Positions 1 through 9,295 of a stretch of DNA of 64,000 nt are shown in pieces. This stretch comes from an uncultured Clostridia bacterium (lineage in GTDB: Bacteria > Bacillota > Clostridia > Christensenellales > UBA1242): assembly GCA_944341445.1 (NCBI GenBank), contig CALVLZ010000003.1, positions 4,963 through 68,962 of the forward strand, written 5' to 3'. Within the stretch, counting starts at the first letter, position 1; each line of letters opens with the position of its first letter. The notes beneath the pieces are model-generated. The model made no database searches, was not told where the DNA came from, and saw only the letters and a list, made by a program, of their open reading frames with translations. The translations under genes and the position numbers were made by a program.

Positions 1-1
1 T

Positions 2-454
2 AATGTTGATGATAAAGATGTTGAAAAACTTTTAAAACTTTTAACACGTGTTCCATTAAATGAAATTTCAGAATTAGTTAATTCAGATATCATTAAAGCA
101 AAACGTGTTTTAGCCTTTGAAATAACAAAATTAGTTCATGGCGAAGAAAAAGCAAAAATTGCAGAACAAACTGCTTATGAAATTTTTAAAAATGGCGATG
201 TTTCCAACGCTCCAACAGTGGAAATTAACCAATCTGAAATCGAAAACGGAATGAATATAACTAACTTGTTAGAAATAATTGGTCTTGTTAAAAGCAGAAG
301 CGAAGCTAGACGTATGATTGAACAAGGAGCAATTTCATTAAACAACAATAAAATAACTGATTTTAATATGAATGTTACAGTTAACGATTTTAATGATGGT
401 TACGCAGTTGCTAAAAAAGGTAAGAAAAACATTATTAAAGTTGTTTTAAAATAA
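2..454 (+). CDS. tyrS: Tyrosyl-tRNA synthetase, C-terminal fragment (gene starts upstream of the window)
   Basis: Frame is open from the window edge. Translation gives ...AKRVLAFEITKLVHGEEKAK... followed by an S4-like RNA-binding tail (SRSEARRMIEQGAISLNNNKI), as at the C-terminus of bacterial TyrRS. Confidence 0.8.
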   Translation, partial: NVDDKDVEKLLKLLTRVPLNEISELVNSDIIKAKRVLAFEITKLVHGEEKAKIAEQTAYEIFKNGDVSNAPTVEINQSEIENGMNITNLLEIIGLVKSRSEARRMIEQGAISLNNNKITDFNMNVTVNDFNDGYAVAKKGKKNIIKVVLK

Positions 455-477
455 AAATAAAATATTGTTTAAACAAA

Positions 478-511
478 AAAGAACTTTTATCAAAATAAAG
501 TTCTTTTTTTA
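478..511 (+). terminator. Rho-independent terminator after tyrS
   Basis: 10-bp stem aaagaacttt/aaagttcttt (478-487/497-506), 9-nt loop, then a T-run. Confidence 0.6.
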
Positions 512-548
512 TTTAGATTTTATTTTAAAAACAAAAAAACAAGGTTTA

Positions 549-1154
549 TTACCTTGCTTTTCTAACACCAAATAAATGTGCATATAAGCACTCAACGTTT
601 CTTGGGTCTTTATCAACAACTATTTGTTTTGATTTTGCAATGTTTTTCTTGATAATTGAACTTTCTTTTCCCTTAAGTTTTTCCATTCTTGCATCAATTT
701 CAACTTTATCATATTCTTTTTGTGCTGTTGCAACATTGCAAACACAACTTCCATCACCCAATTGAATTTGTAATGCTCTTTCTCCGTCTGTTGCGCAAAT
801 TCTGTTTATAGTAATATTTTCATTTTCATCTTTTACATAAGAAGCTTTTGCAAATAATGTTTTACCATTAACACAAACAATTCCTTCTAAAACTTCATTA
901 GTATCAACGTAAAAATAAAACTTTCCGTATTCTTTAAATTTCCCTGGCATTTTATCCTCAACTATTATTGTACAACCGCAAACTTTATCTTCCATAAATA
1001 CCTCTTTTATTAATTTTATTGTTTTCAAATTTTTCTCACTTAGGCTTTTTAATTGTAATTTTTTTATGTCTTTTAAAAAATTTAAAAACTCGGAATTCTC
1101 TTCATAATTATTTGCATAAACATTTAATTGTCTTTCCAACGCAAAAAACCACAT
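549..1154 (-). CDS. Hypothetical protein (201 aa); possibly the 3' part of a frameshifted gene
   Basis: Long ORF with no recognisable family. Its ATG lies at a homopolymer run where an upstream start-less reading frame ends. Confidence 0.45.
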   Translation of the reverse strand: MWFFALERQLNVYANNYEENSEFLNFLKDIKKLQLKSLSEKNLKTIKLIKEVFMEDKVCGCTIIVEDKMPGKFKEYGKFYFYVDTNEVLEGIVCVNGKTLFAKASYVKDENENITINRICATDGERALQIQLGDGSCVCNVATAQKEYDKVEIDARMEKLKGKESSIIKKNIAKSKQIVVDKDPRNVECLYAHLFGVRKAR

Positions 1155-1480
1155 TTAAAATTAAAGTTTATTTTATCCACTTTCCAATCATAATATAAAA
1201 CAAATATTTCTAAACTTTCTTCAATGTTGTTTTTGGTGTTTTTAAAGTATTTACCAAAACAAAATGCTTTTTCATTGCTGTTAGAAATTTCAATCACCCC
1301 AACAAAAGGAATTTCTAACGCATAAACATTATTAGCAATAAAATTCTTTTCAATATTTTATTGAGATTATTTTTTTAAAGTTATTAAATATTCTCTAATT
1401 CTTTTTTGTCAAATTGAGTTAATTTTAACGTGCCATAATTATTACTATATTCAAATATCCCATATCCGCCTAAGACTTGA
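1155..1480 (-). pseudogene. Degraded 5' portion of the 549-1154 gene (frameshift plus stops)
   Basis: Minus-strand translation of ~1158-1352 gives a 77-codon stop-free stretch (NIEKNFIANNVYALEIPFVGVIEISNSNEK...KINFNFKCGF) with no start codon. It meets the 549-1154 ORF in another frame at a T6 run (A6 on + at 1143-1148). A further fragment, YGIFEYSNNYGTLKLTQFDKKELENI, lies upstream in a third frame. Confidence 0.3.
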
Positions 1481-1675
1481 ATAATATTAATATATCATTA
1501 AACTAAAATTGTTTCAATATTAAACTAACAAAAAATAAAAATAATATAAATTTTGTAATTTATTATTTATACTATTTTTATAGTTTTAATATTTAATTCA
1601 ATAATATAACGAAATTATCATTTTTGTTCACATAATTTAAAACCCAATAATAACCAAACAAAATATAATAATAAA

Positions 1676-1700
1676 ACAAAAAAAGAGCGAAACCGCTCTT
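1676..1700 (-). terminator. Rho-independent terminator after rpsR
   Basis: Minus strand reads aagagcg-gttt-cgctctt followed by a T-run, immediately after the rpsR stop. Confidence 0.65.
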
Positions 1701-1706
1701 TTATTA

Positions 1707-1994
1707 TTATTCACCTACAAATGGTATAAGTGCCATAAATCTTGCACGTTTAATTGCAACTGTAAGTTCTCTTTGATGTGCTGCACAAGTGCCTGTTTGT
1801 CTTCTAGGAACAATTTTGCCTTTTTCAGTTATATAACGTTTTAATTTGTTAACATCTTTATAATCAATTTCTTTTACTTTATCAGCACAGAAATTGCAAA
1901 CTTTTTTTCTAGAAGTTTTTTTAGGACGTTTTTGTGCAACAACGGCTTTATCTTCAACAGCTTCAACAACTGCTTCCATTTTTTCTTCGCTCAT
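1707..1994 (-). CDS. rpsR: 30S ribosomal protein S18
   Basis: Translation [60 protein letters not shown] is the conserved S18 core. Sits in the rpsF-ssb-rpsR arrangement. Confidence 0.95.
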   Translation of the reverse strand: MSEEKMEAVVEAVEDKAVVAQKRPKKTSRKKVCNFCADKVKEIDYKDVNKLKRYITEKGKIVPRRQTGTCAAHQRELTVAIKRARFMALIPFVGE

Positions 1995-2022
1995 TGTAAA
2001 CTCCTTAATATTTTATTTTTAA

Positions 2023-2415
2023 TTAGAATGGTAAATCGTCATCTTCAACAGGTTGCAATTTTGCAACTTCTTCATTAGCGCGACTTGCACCATCGCTATT
2101 TTTTGTGCTCAAAAATTCAACTTCTTCTGCAACTATTTCAGTTACATATCTTTTTGTTCCATCTGGTGCATCATAACTTCTTGTTTGAATGCTTCCAGCA
2201 ACTGCAGCTTTACTACCTTTTTTCAAAAATTTGTGGCAGTTATCTGCTTGAGCACGCCAAACAACAACATTAATAAAATCAGTGTCACGTTCACCATCAG
2301 CGTTCATAAATCTTCTTTGAACAGCCAAAGTGAAATTTGCACGAGATATTCCGTTAGTTGTTGTTGTGATTTCTGGGTCTCTTGTAAGATTTCCAATTAA
2401 ATAAACTTTATTCAT
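2023..2415 (-). CDS. ssb: Single-stranded DNA-binding protein
   Basis: N-terminus MNKVYLIGNLTRDPE...FINVVVWR forms an OB fold; acidic C-terminal tip DDDLPF. Located between rpsF and rpsR. Confidence 0.93.
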   Translation of the reverse strand: MNKVYLIGNLTRDPEITTTTNGISRANFTLAVQRRFMNADGERDTDFINVVVWRAQADNCHKFLKKGSKAAVAGSIQTRSYDAPDGTKRYVTEIVAEEVEFLSTKNSDGASRANEEVAKLQPVEDDDLPF

Positions 2416-2433
2416 ATTATACCAACCTTTAGT

Positions 2434-2718
2434 TTAGTTTTTTCTTAAACATAAACTTCTCATAACATTTTCATCAATGTTCATAAGTGAACTAATTTTA
2501 TCTGGCAAACTAGAGTTGCATTCAAAATCAATTAGAACATAATATCCTTCATTTTTAAAATTGATAGGATATGCTAATTTTTTAACGCCCCATTTGTTAA
2601 TGCCAATAATTTTGCCATTATCTTTTTCAATCATATCTGTGTATTTTTTAACAGCAGCTTCTTTTTGTTCATCAGATAAACTTGCAGAAAATATTGTTAA
2701 CATTTCGTACTTGTTCAT
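2434..2718 (-). CDS. rpsF: 30S ribosomal protein S6
   Basis: MNKYEMLTIF...KWGVKKLAYPI resembles S6. First gene of the conserved rpsF-ssb-rpsR operon. RBS aaggagg lies upstream. Confidence 0.92.
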   Translation of the reverse strand: MNKYEMLTIFSASLSDEQKEAAVKKYTDMIEKDNGKIIGINKWGVKKLAYPINFKNEGYYVLIDFECNSSLPDKISSLMNIDENVMRSLCLRKN

Positions 2719-2790
2719 ATATTACCTCCTTGTGGACTATCGACCTTAAAAAATTAAGGTAAGCAGATAATTAATTTAATTATCGCAAGT

Positions 2791-2819
2791 ATTGTATCAT
2801 ATAATTTTTTATTTATCAA
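2791..2819 (-). promoter_or_regulatory. Sigma-A-type promoter for the rpsF-ssb-rpsR operon
   Basis: Minus strand reads TTGATA (2819-2814), 17 nt, TACAAT (2796-2791) with TG one base upstream of the -10 (extended -10). This leaves a ~65-nt structured 5' UTR. Confidence 0.45.
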
Positions 2820-3034
2820 CATTTTTTTAATATTTTAATAATTATAAATATATTAATACTTGCACCCATATTTCTATTTCTTAATTATTTACACACACCA
2901 TTTGTTTACTCTAAAAATAAGCACCAATAACAAACGAAAAAATTCAAACAAAAAAAATCATAATTTAAACAATACAAAGTTTTTTGCAAAATAAAAGAAC
3001 CCTTTTTTAAGAGTTCTTCATTAACTATTAAACA

Positions 3035-4600
3035 TTAACTTATTTTTGCATATTTTTTCTTTCCAATTGTGAATAACAAGATAACAGAAACTATTAACGC
3101 AACACCAAAAATTGATAAATACACAATTTCAATTAACAACAAAGGAATTGTTAAAAGTGTTGAATCAACCATCATAAAAATAAACATAGGAACTAAAGTT
3201 AAAACAAAAATTATTAATAAATACAAGCCCAAACTTCCCGATTGTTTAACCGCAACCATTTCATTAGTCCAATTAAGTTTTGGTAAGCACAAGTTTATAA
3301 ACATTCCTAAAAAACTTGTTGCAAAAACTTCAACCGTTACTAACAACAATAACAAAACAAAAGTTAACGCACTAACAAAATTGCCAATACTAAAAATTAT
3401 AACGCTTAATAAAGCAAACGGCAAAACTAACAAAATGTTGAACGTTATTTTTGATAAAACAATTTGGTTAAACGAAATTGGCAAACTTTTATTTGAAACA
3501 AATTTGTTGCCTTCCATATTAATACTAACAGAAGTTGTTGCACTCATACTTAAAGAAAACAACGCAACAGAAACATACAAAACATTTTGCATATTTAAAG
3601 CATACTCTGGAACATTTGCAATACATAATGATATGCTTGAAATTAAAACTATTAAAACACCAATAAAAGAATTCGCAACCCAAACACCACAAGAGAAATA
3701 TCGTTTTGCTTCGTTTTTAATAAGCACATTAAATAATTTTGTTTGTTTAAAATAAATTGGTTTTCTTTTTTTATTAGATTTAATATTTAATAATTTTTCA
3801 TTTATATAATAATAAGTTTTTGTCAAAATATATATACATAATGTCAAACATATAATACCTAACAACAAATAAACTAATATGTATAAATATTGACTACTTG
3901 CAAAAATCATATGAAATGGACTTGCATAAAAGAATAAAATTGCAAATAAAACATTTATGCCATTATTTAAAATATAAGTATATAATTCATTACTTACTAC
4001 ACTTATACCCATCAAAAACACAATTAAAAACACAAACTGAAAAGCAGAAGATACCTTTTCTCTGTTTTTAAACTTATTTGCAATTATGTTAATTAAAACA
4101 ACTATTAGTGAAGAAATGAAGTTAATAATAATTGGCAATATTAAACAAACAATCACGGTTGCAATAACTAACCAAACATTAATTGCTTCATAAATAAAAT
4201 ACAAAACAATAAATGGCAAAAGTATAATAAATGTTGCTATTAGTGAAAACAAATAAACAGTTATAAATTTTGCTATAACAATCTCTTTAGATTTGATTGG
4301 AAGCGGAGTTAAAATTTCATAATCCTTTTTATTAAACATCAAACTATTTAATTCATAAATCATAAAAGCTGTTAAAAACATTGTTGTTGTAACAACTCCA
4401 GCAAAAGGTAAAATGCTATTTGAAAGTGCTTGCACACCTCTTGCAATGGAATATGAATAATAAACAAAAGCAGCAACAACTAATGCCCAAATTAAAACAA
4501 CGGAAATTCTTCTTTTATTATTACTTTTTTTGTTTATATTATAAGTTTGAGTTAACAATTGCTTAAAATATATTTTTATTAAATTTTTTATATTAGTCAT
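3035..4600 (-). CDS. ABC transporter permease-like polytopic membrane protein (521 aa)
   Basis: Very hydrophobic, with many predicted TM segments. Start overlaps the stop of the upstream ABC ATPase gene by 8 nt. Confidence 0.6.
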   Translation of the reverse strand: MTNIKNLIKIYFKQLLTQTYNINKKSNNKRRISVVLIWALVVAAFVYYSYSIARGVQALSNSILPFAGVVTTTMFLTAFMIYELNSLMFNKKDYEILTPLPIKSKEIVIAKFITVYLFSLIATFIILLPFIVLYFIYEAINVWLVIATVIVCLILPIIINFISSLIVVLINIIANKFKNREKVSSAFQFVFLIVFLMGISVVSNELYTYILNNGINVLFAILFFYASPFHMIFASSQYLYILVYLLLGIICLTLCIYILTKTYYYINEKLLNIKSNKKRKPIYFKQTKLFNVLIKNEAKRYFSCGVWVANSFIGVLIVLISSISLCIANVPEYALNMQNVLYVSVALFSLSMSATTSVSINMEGNKFVSNKSLPISFNQIVLSKITFNILLVLPFALLSVIIFSIGNFVSALTFVLLLLLVTVEVFATSFLGMFINLCLPKLNWTNEMVAVKQSGSLGLYLLIIFVLTLVPMFIFMMVDSTLLTIPLLLIEIVYLSIFGVALIVSVILLFTIGKKKYAKIS

Positions 4601-5303
4601 TGTTCTCTAAACCTAAGAAAAGTTTTTCCAAACTTCCCTTTCCTTTAACCTTTTTCATTTCTCCACTTGTAATAATTTTTCCATCTTTAATTATTGCAAC
4701 GTGGGAACAAATTTTTTCTGCAACATCTAAAACGTGTGTTGAATAAAAAATTGTTATTCCTTGTTTAGCCAACTCTTGCATTATTTCTTTAAATTCATGG
4801 CTGGTTGCTGGGTCCAACCCAACAAAAGGTTCGTCTAGCAATATTAGTTTTGGTTTATGAATTAAAGCTGAAACTAGCACAAGTTTTTGCTTCATTCCGT
4901 GAGAATATGTTCCAATTATTTCTCCTAAATTATTATTAATATTTAGTCTTTTAGAATAATATTCAATGTTCTCTTTTCTTTCGGCATTATTTAAACCAAA
5001 AACATCTGCAATAAAATTTAAATATTCTATGCCTGTTAAATGTTCATAAATATCTGGATTATCTGGCACAAAAGCAATTTGCTTTTTAACTTCCATATCA
5101 TTAGTTTTAACACTTAAACCATTAACAAAAATTTCGCCTTCTTCAAAATCTAAAATTCCCGCAATAGCTTTTAGGGTTGTTGTTTTACCTGCACCATTAT
5201 GACCAATAAACGCACAAATTTCACCATCATTAACAGTTAAATTAATGTTGTTTACAGCTATTTTTTCGCCATATCTTTTAACAAAATTTTTAATTTCTAA
5301 CAT
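4593..5303 (-). CDS. ABC transporter ATP-binding protein
   Basis: Walker A GHNGAGKTT, signature-like YSHGMKQKL, Walker B LILLDEP. Confidence 0.9.
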   Translation of the reverse strand: MLEIKNFVKRYGEKIAVNNINLTVNDGEICAFIGHNGAGKTTTLKAIAGILDFEEGEIFVNGLSVKTNDMEVKKQIAFVPDNPDIYEHLTGIEYLNFIADVFGLNNAERKENIEYYSKRLNINNNLGEIIGTYSHGMKQKLVLVSALIHKPKLILLDEPFVGLDPATSHEFKEIMQELAKQGITIFYSTHVLDVAEKICSHVAIIKDGKIITSGEMKKVKGKGSLEKLFLGLENND

Positions 5304-5427
5304 ATTATCTCCTCGGTTTTAACAACATTTGAAAATCTTAATATATTATGCTTAAAGTTTATATTATATAATACCATATAAACTTACAATTTAACAACTT
5401 AAACAAAAAAATATAAAGGACAAACCT

Positions 5428-6648
5428 TTATATTTTTCCACGAATATCGTAATTTGTTGTTACAACAACACCCTTTAAAATATCTTTAACTTCTTTTGAA
5501 TTTATGCTCTCAGTGTATTTCACAAAATCATTATAATTATATTTATAAAGTGAATCACAAATACCTAAAATATCACAATTGTTTTCTATGCTTTGTTTTA
5601 TGATTTTCGCCAAACTTTCATCTATTTTATTTTTTATTGTGTTTTGCAAACTTTCACTCATATAACTAGATAAGCCATACATACTATCTATTTTATACTC
5701 ATCACTTTTTATTTCTTCCAATTTAAAAATTACGCTTATATCAAAATTAAAAATAGGTATTCCATTATTAAATTTAGAAGAAGTTTTAATATCTTTATTT
5801 GCTATTTCTAACACTAAATCAACATTTTTAAAAGTTTCATTTGAAAAGTTTTCAACTTTATACAAGCCTTTTTTAGTTTCACCATTTAATATGTTCAAAG
5901 CTTCCAATTCATCGTCTTTAATCTCTTTAATTAACTTGCCGCTATTAACCAATATTAAATTTGCTTCACTTTTTAATTTTTTGTTTTGAGATTCTCCTTG
6001 ACTAGAACTCTCTGAACCACCCTGAGAACCACCTGATGTTTGAGATTCTTCTTCAACTTCAACCATATTAATAACTGAACTTTTGTATGGATTAAAATAA
6101 TTAATATAAAATTCATCAACATTCATATTTGTGTTATATGCATGATTGTTGGAATAATCAGCTAAATTTCTTAAACTTAAATTTAAGTTATTTTTTTCTG
6201 TAGTTATAGATTGCATAACATCTTTTGCTTTTCCATTTGTTGCCATTAATGTTGAGTTTATTGTTAAATTATTTGTTCTATAAAAGAAATCTAAGTAAGT
6301 TGCAACATTTTCATTAAAAAGTTCTTTATTAATAACTATTGCTTCACAATGGGCTAGACCAACAGTTTTTCCTAAATTAAATGCAATTTTTTCCATAGCC
6401 AAAGAAACATTTTCTGCACTTGCACTTGATGTTTCAAGTTTGGCACCCAATTGACCACTTGTTTGAGGAACTATAAAAACAATTGTTACTTCAACACCCT
6501 CGTCAGATTTATCTAAACCAATGCTTGTGGCAATTGCAGTTTCAAACGTTTGCCCTTGATTGTATAAAGCCTGAGGTGCCATAATAACAATAATTAAAGC
6601 AATAATATAAAACGCTTTATTCCTTAACACTTTTTTTAATAAGGTCAT
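5428..6648 (-). CDS. Spore germination protein, Ger(x)C family
   Basis: IGLDKSDEGVEVTIVF... matches the GerAC-type N-terminal domain. Third gene of an A-B-C germinant receptor operon; overlaps the B gene by 32 nt. Confidence 0.8.
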   Translation of the reverse strand: MTLLKKVLRNKAFYIIALIIVIMAPQALYNQGQTFETAIATSIGLDKSDEGVEVTIVFIVPQTSGQLGAKLETSSASAENVSLAMEKIAFNLGKTVGLAHCEAIVINKELFNENVATYLDFFYRTNNLTINSTLMATNGKAKDVMQSITTEKNNLNLSLRNLADYSNNHAYNTNMNVDEFYINYFNPYKSSVINMVEVEEESQTSGGSQGGSESSSQGESQNKKLKSEANLILVNSGKLIKEIKDDELEALNILNGETKKGLYKVENFSNETFKNVDLVLEIANKDIKTSSKFNNGIPIFNFDISVIFKLEEIKSDEYKIDSMYGLSSYMSESLQNTIKNKIDESLAKIIKQSIENNCDILGICDSLYKYNYNDFVKYTESINSKEVKDILKGVVVTTNYDIRGKI

Positions 6649-7732
6649 TATTATTACACCTCCTTTTCTTTATCATTTCAGATATTAATAACAATAGAGG
6701 TATTGAAACTTGCATTAAAATTGTAATTATTGCAAACACATTGCTTGTTACAATTTTAACACTTAATTCTAAATTTAAATATAGTGCCAAAGCTGAAACA
6801 AATAATAAAGTTATAACAATAAATATTCCAACACTTTTATTTGTAACACTTGTGAAATTAATAAAACTTTCTAAACAAAATATCATATAAACGCCGGTTT
6901 GAAATATTAATAAAATTGTCCAAATAATAATTGTTACCCAATCCAGCCTACTTACAGTTGCTGGAAAGGATGCATTTAAAGGCAACTTTGAAATAGCAGG
7001 ATTTTGTGTTAAGCCCATAACATTAAAAACCCCTGCATATGTTAAATAAAACACAATAACTAAAATTGTTGTTAACGACCAATACTTAAAAATTTTTGAA
7101 CTTGTTTTTTCAGTTACTTTAAATTTACCTAACAACATTATTATTGTTAAATAATCTCCATAAGAAAAATTCCCTTTAAACACGCCACTAAAAACAGGGT
7201 TTAAACCATTGTTTAAAAAAGGTAAAATATTATCTAACTTAAAATTAGTTAATGGTATGATTAAGCCAAGTATTAGCCCAATTGCAATTAAAACATAAAA
7301 AATTTCAACTGTCCTTCCAATCGTTCTAATTGTTTTATACATCATATAACCAATTAACAATAAAAACGGAAAAATAAAGAAAAACCAATTAATTTCATCA
7401 AACAAATTGCTTAAAAAAAAGTTATGAGTTTCCTTTAATATTAAAACGCTTTTTGCAAAGAAATAAACAAATAAAATAAAGTAAATTATTTTAGTTAAAA
7501 CTTTTCCAAAATTTTCTAATAATATTTCTTTTAATGTTTTATCTGGATTTCTTTTTAAAAACCAAAGAGTTATTCCTAGAAAAAATAAATCTATTATGGA
7601 AGAAAACACTGCACACCAATACATATTTTGGTATGCAAATTTTGCATATAAAGCCGGAAATACTATAAACTTTATTGAAATTATTGAAAGTGATAATAGC
7701 ACACACACTTGATGTTCTGTTAGTTCTTTCAT
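6617..7732 (-). CDS. Spore germination protein, GerAB-type permease subunit
   Basis: 371-aa protein with ~10 TM segments of the spore-permease type, positioned between the GerA and GerC homologues. Confidence 0.8.
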   Translation of the reverse strand: MKELTEHQVCVLLSLSIISIKFIVFPALYAKFAYQNMYWCAVFSSIIDLFFLGITLWFLKRNPDKTLKEILLENFGKVLTKIIYFILFVYFFAKSVLILKETHNFFLSNLFDEINWFFFIFPFLLLIGYMMYKTIRTIGRTVEIFYVLIAIGLILGLIIPLTNFKLDNILPFLNNGLNPVFSGVFKGNFSYGDYLTIIMLLGKFKVTEKTSSKIFKYWSLTTILVIVFYLTYAGVFNVMGLTQNPAISKLPLNASFPATVSRLDWVTIIIWTILLIFQTGVYMIFCLESFINFTSVTNKSVGIFIVITLLFVSALALYLNLELSVKIVTSNVFAIITILMQVSIPLLLLISEMIKKRRCNNNDLIKKSVKE

Positions 7733-7735
7733 TTC

Positions 7736-9190
7736 TTACCCCCCCTGCCTTATATCATTTTTATGTGGAATACTTTTTGGTCTTTTTTTCATGTTAGTTA
7801 TATCAACTTTAGAAATTGCATCTTTTAAATCTTCTTTGATTCTTGGAGCATATGGTGCTAAATAAGCACTGCCATAACTATCAAAATCGTTTAAATAAAT
7901 AATAATAAATAAATTTATAAGTATCATTCCATAAAAGCCTAAAATACCACCAGCTAGAGTATTTAAAAACCTTAGCAAACTTAATTGGTTTGCTTGCTCT
8001 GGAACTGTGTATAGCGTAATTCCACTAAGAGCAACAATCATAACACTAGGAGGTGAAATTAAACCTGCTTTAACAGCTGTATCACCTAAAATTAAAGCAC
8101 CAACAACACTAAGCGCCAAACCTAAATATTTAGGCATTCTTAAACTCGCTTCATACAGAACTTCAAACAAAATTAAAACAAACAAAATTTCTGCAAATGG
8201 AGTTAGTGGAAGCCCTGTTGTTGTGTTCATAATAGTTGTTAAAAAATTAAGCGGAATGGCTTTATAATGATATAACTGAATTGCAATATACATACCAGGC
8301 AATAGCACTGTGATTAATATACTTATAAATCTAATTACTCTAACAAGTTTTGCGTGTGAATGTTGCCCATAATAGTCATCACCACTTTGCAAATCTTCAA
8401 TTAACATAAATGGCAAAGTTAAAACTATTGGTGAACCATCAACTAAAATTGCCACACGTCCTTCTAACAGTTTTGCAGCAACAACATCTGGTTTTTCAGT
8501 TGAGCCAACTTGTTTAAAAATAGATTCTCTGTGCTCTTCTAAAAACTGAGCAACATAATAAGAATCAATAACGCCATCAATGTTTATATTTTTTATTCTT
8601 TCAATAATTCTTGCAACAATCTCTGGTTCTGCAATATTATCTAAAAACATAACCGAAATGATAGTGTTAGTTTGTTTTCCAACTTTTAAATTTTCAACTT
8701 TTAAATTAGGAGTTGACAAAATTTTTTTAACAAGTGCTATGTTTGTTTTAATGTTTTCAACAAAACCTTCTCTTGGTCCTTTTAAAACAGCACTTGTTGG
8801 AGGCTCTTGAATACTTCTTTCCTTTAAACTATCAACTTCTAACTTTAAAGCAACATTATATCCGTCTAAAAAAACAAAGGCTTTACCTTTTGTTATATCA
8901 GTAGACATATCTTTAAAATCTTGTACTTCTTCAATTTCCGGAAATATAATGATATTAGTTTTTATGTATTCAACAAAGTTCCCTTTAATTTTATTTTTAT
9001 TTTCCATTGCAGGTTTTAAAACAAATTCAGAAATAACTTTAACATCTGCCAAACCTTTTAAATAAACTATTGCACATTTTGTTTTACAAACATTAAAAGT
9101 TTTAACAATTAAGTCTTTACTATTCAAAAAATTGTCGTTTATTATTTTTATATTTTCTTGCAATTTCTTTTTAATTTTTTCATCTTCCAT
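7736..9190 (-). CDS. Spore germination protein, GerAA-type subunit
   Basis: Soluble N-terminal domain with LKGPREGFVENIKTNIALVKKIL, followed by a C-terminal TM bundle, as in GerA-family A subunits. Confidence 0.88.
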   Translation of the reverse strand: MEDEKIKKKLQENIKIINDNFLNSKDLIVKTFNVCKTKCAIVYLKGLADVKVISEFVLKPAMENKNKIKGNFVEYIKTNIIIFPEIEEVQDFKDMSTDITKGKAFVFLDGYNVALKLEVDSLKERSIQEPPTSAVLKGPREGFVENIKTNIALVKKILSTPNLKVENLKVGKQTNTIISVMFLDNIAEPEIVARIIERIKNINIDGVIDSYYVAQFLEEHRESIFKQVGSTEKPDVVAAKLLEGRVAILVDGSPIVLTLPFMLIEDLQSGDDYYGQHSHAKLVRVIRFISILITVLLPGMYIAIQLYHYKAIPLNFLTTIMNTTTGLPLTPFAEILFVLILFEVLYEASLRMPKYLGLALSVVGALILGDTAVKAGLISPPSVMIVALSGITLYTVPEQANQLSLLRFLNTLAGGILGFYGMILINLFIIIYLNDFDSYGSAYLAPYAPRIKEDLKDAISKVDITNMKKRPKSIPHKNDIRQGG

Positions 9191-9262
9191 AAAAATAAAT
9201 TACTCCATTTTTGTTTATTTTATTTTGTGAAAAACAAAAAAATATATTCATTTTGGCTTTAA

Positions 9263-9295
9263 CAAAAAAATAAAGCAAGTTTAATCTTGCTTTAT
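9263..9295 (-). terminator. Rho-independent terminator ending the fibre locus
   Basis: 10-bp stem ataaagcaag/cttgctttat (9270-9279/9286-9295) followed on the minus strand by T7. Overlaps the stop codon of the 700-aa gene. Confidence 0.65.

Noticed and set aside
2053-2400. Antisense or overlapping ORFs in the six-frame track. Examples: 2053-2400 and 2085-2273 opposite ssb; 2561-2749 opposite rpsF; 3069-3755 opposite the permease; 8007-8267 and 8580-8810 opposite gerAA; 9287-9946 opposite the transglutaminase gene; 13880-14170, 15159-15770, 17716-24219 (five short ORFs between these coordinates) opposite the fibre locus; 25309-26269, 28259-29346, 29743-31794, 32772-33551, 35727-36114, 36770-37556, 38821-39240, 40239-40459, 41086-41271, 41745-43349, 46097-46354, 47855-48061, 50191-50475, 52144-52471, 53049-53443, 54378-54581, 56646-56942 and 60651-61112.
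   Set aside because: Each lies entirely inside, and opposite or out of frame to, a much longer ORF with clear homology or coherent protein features. Their translations are low-complexity (F/L/I/S-rich), as expected from the reverse complement of K/N/E-rich AT-rich coding sequence. None has a convincing RBS.
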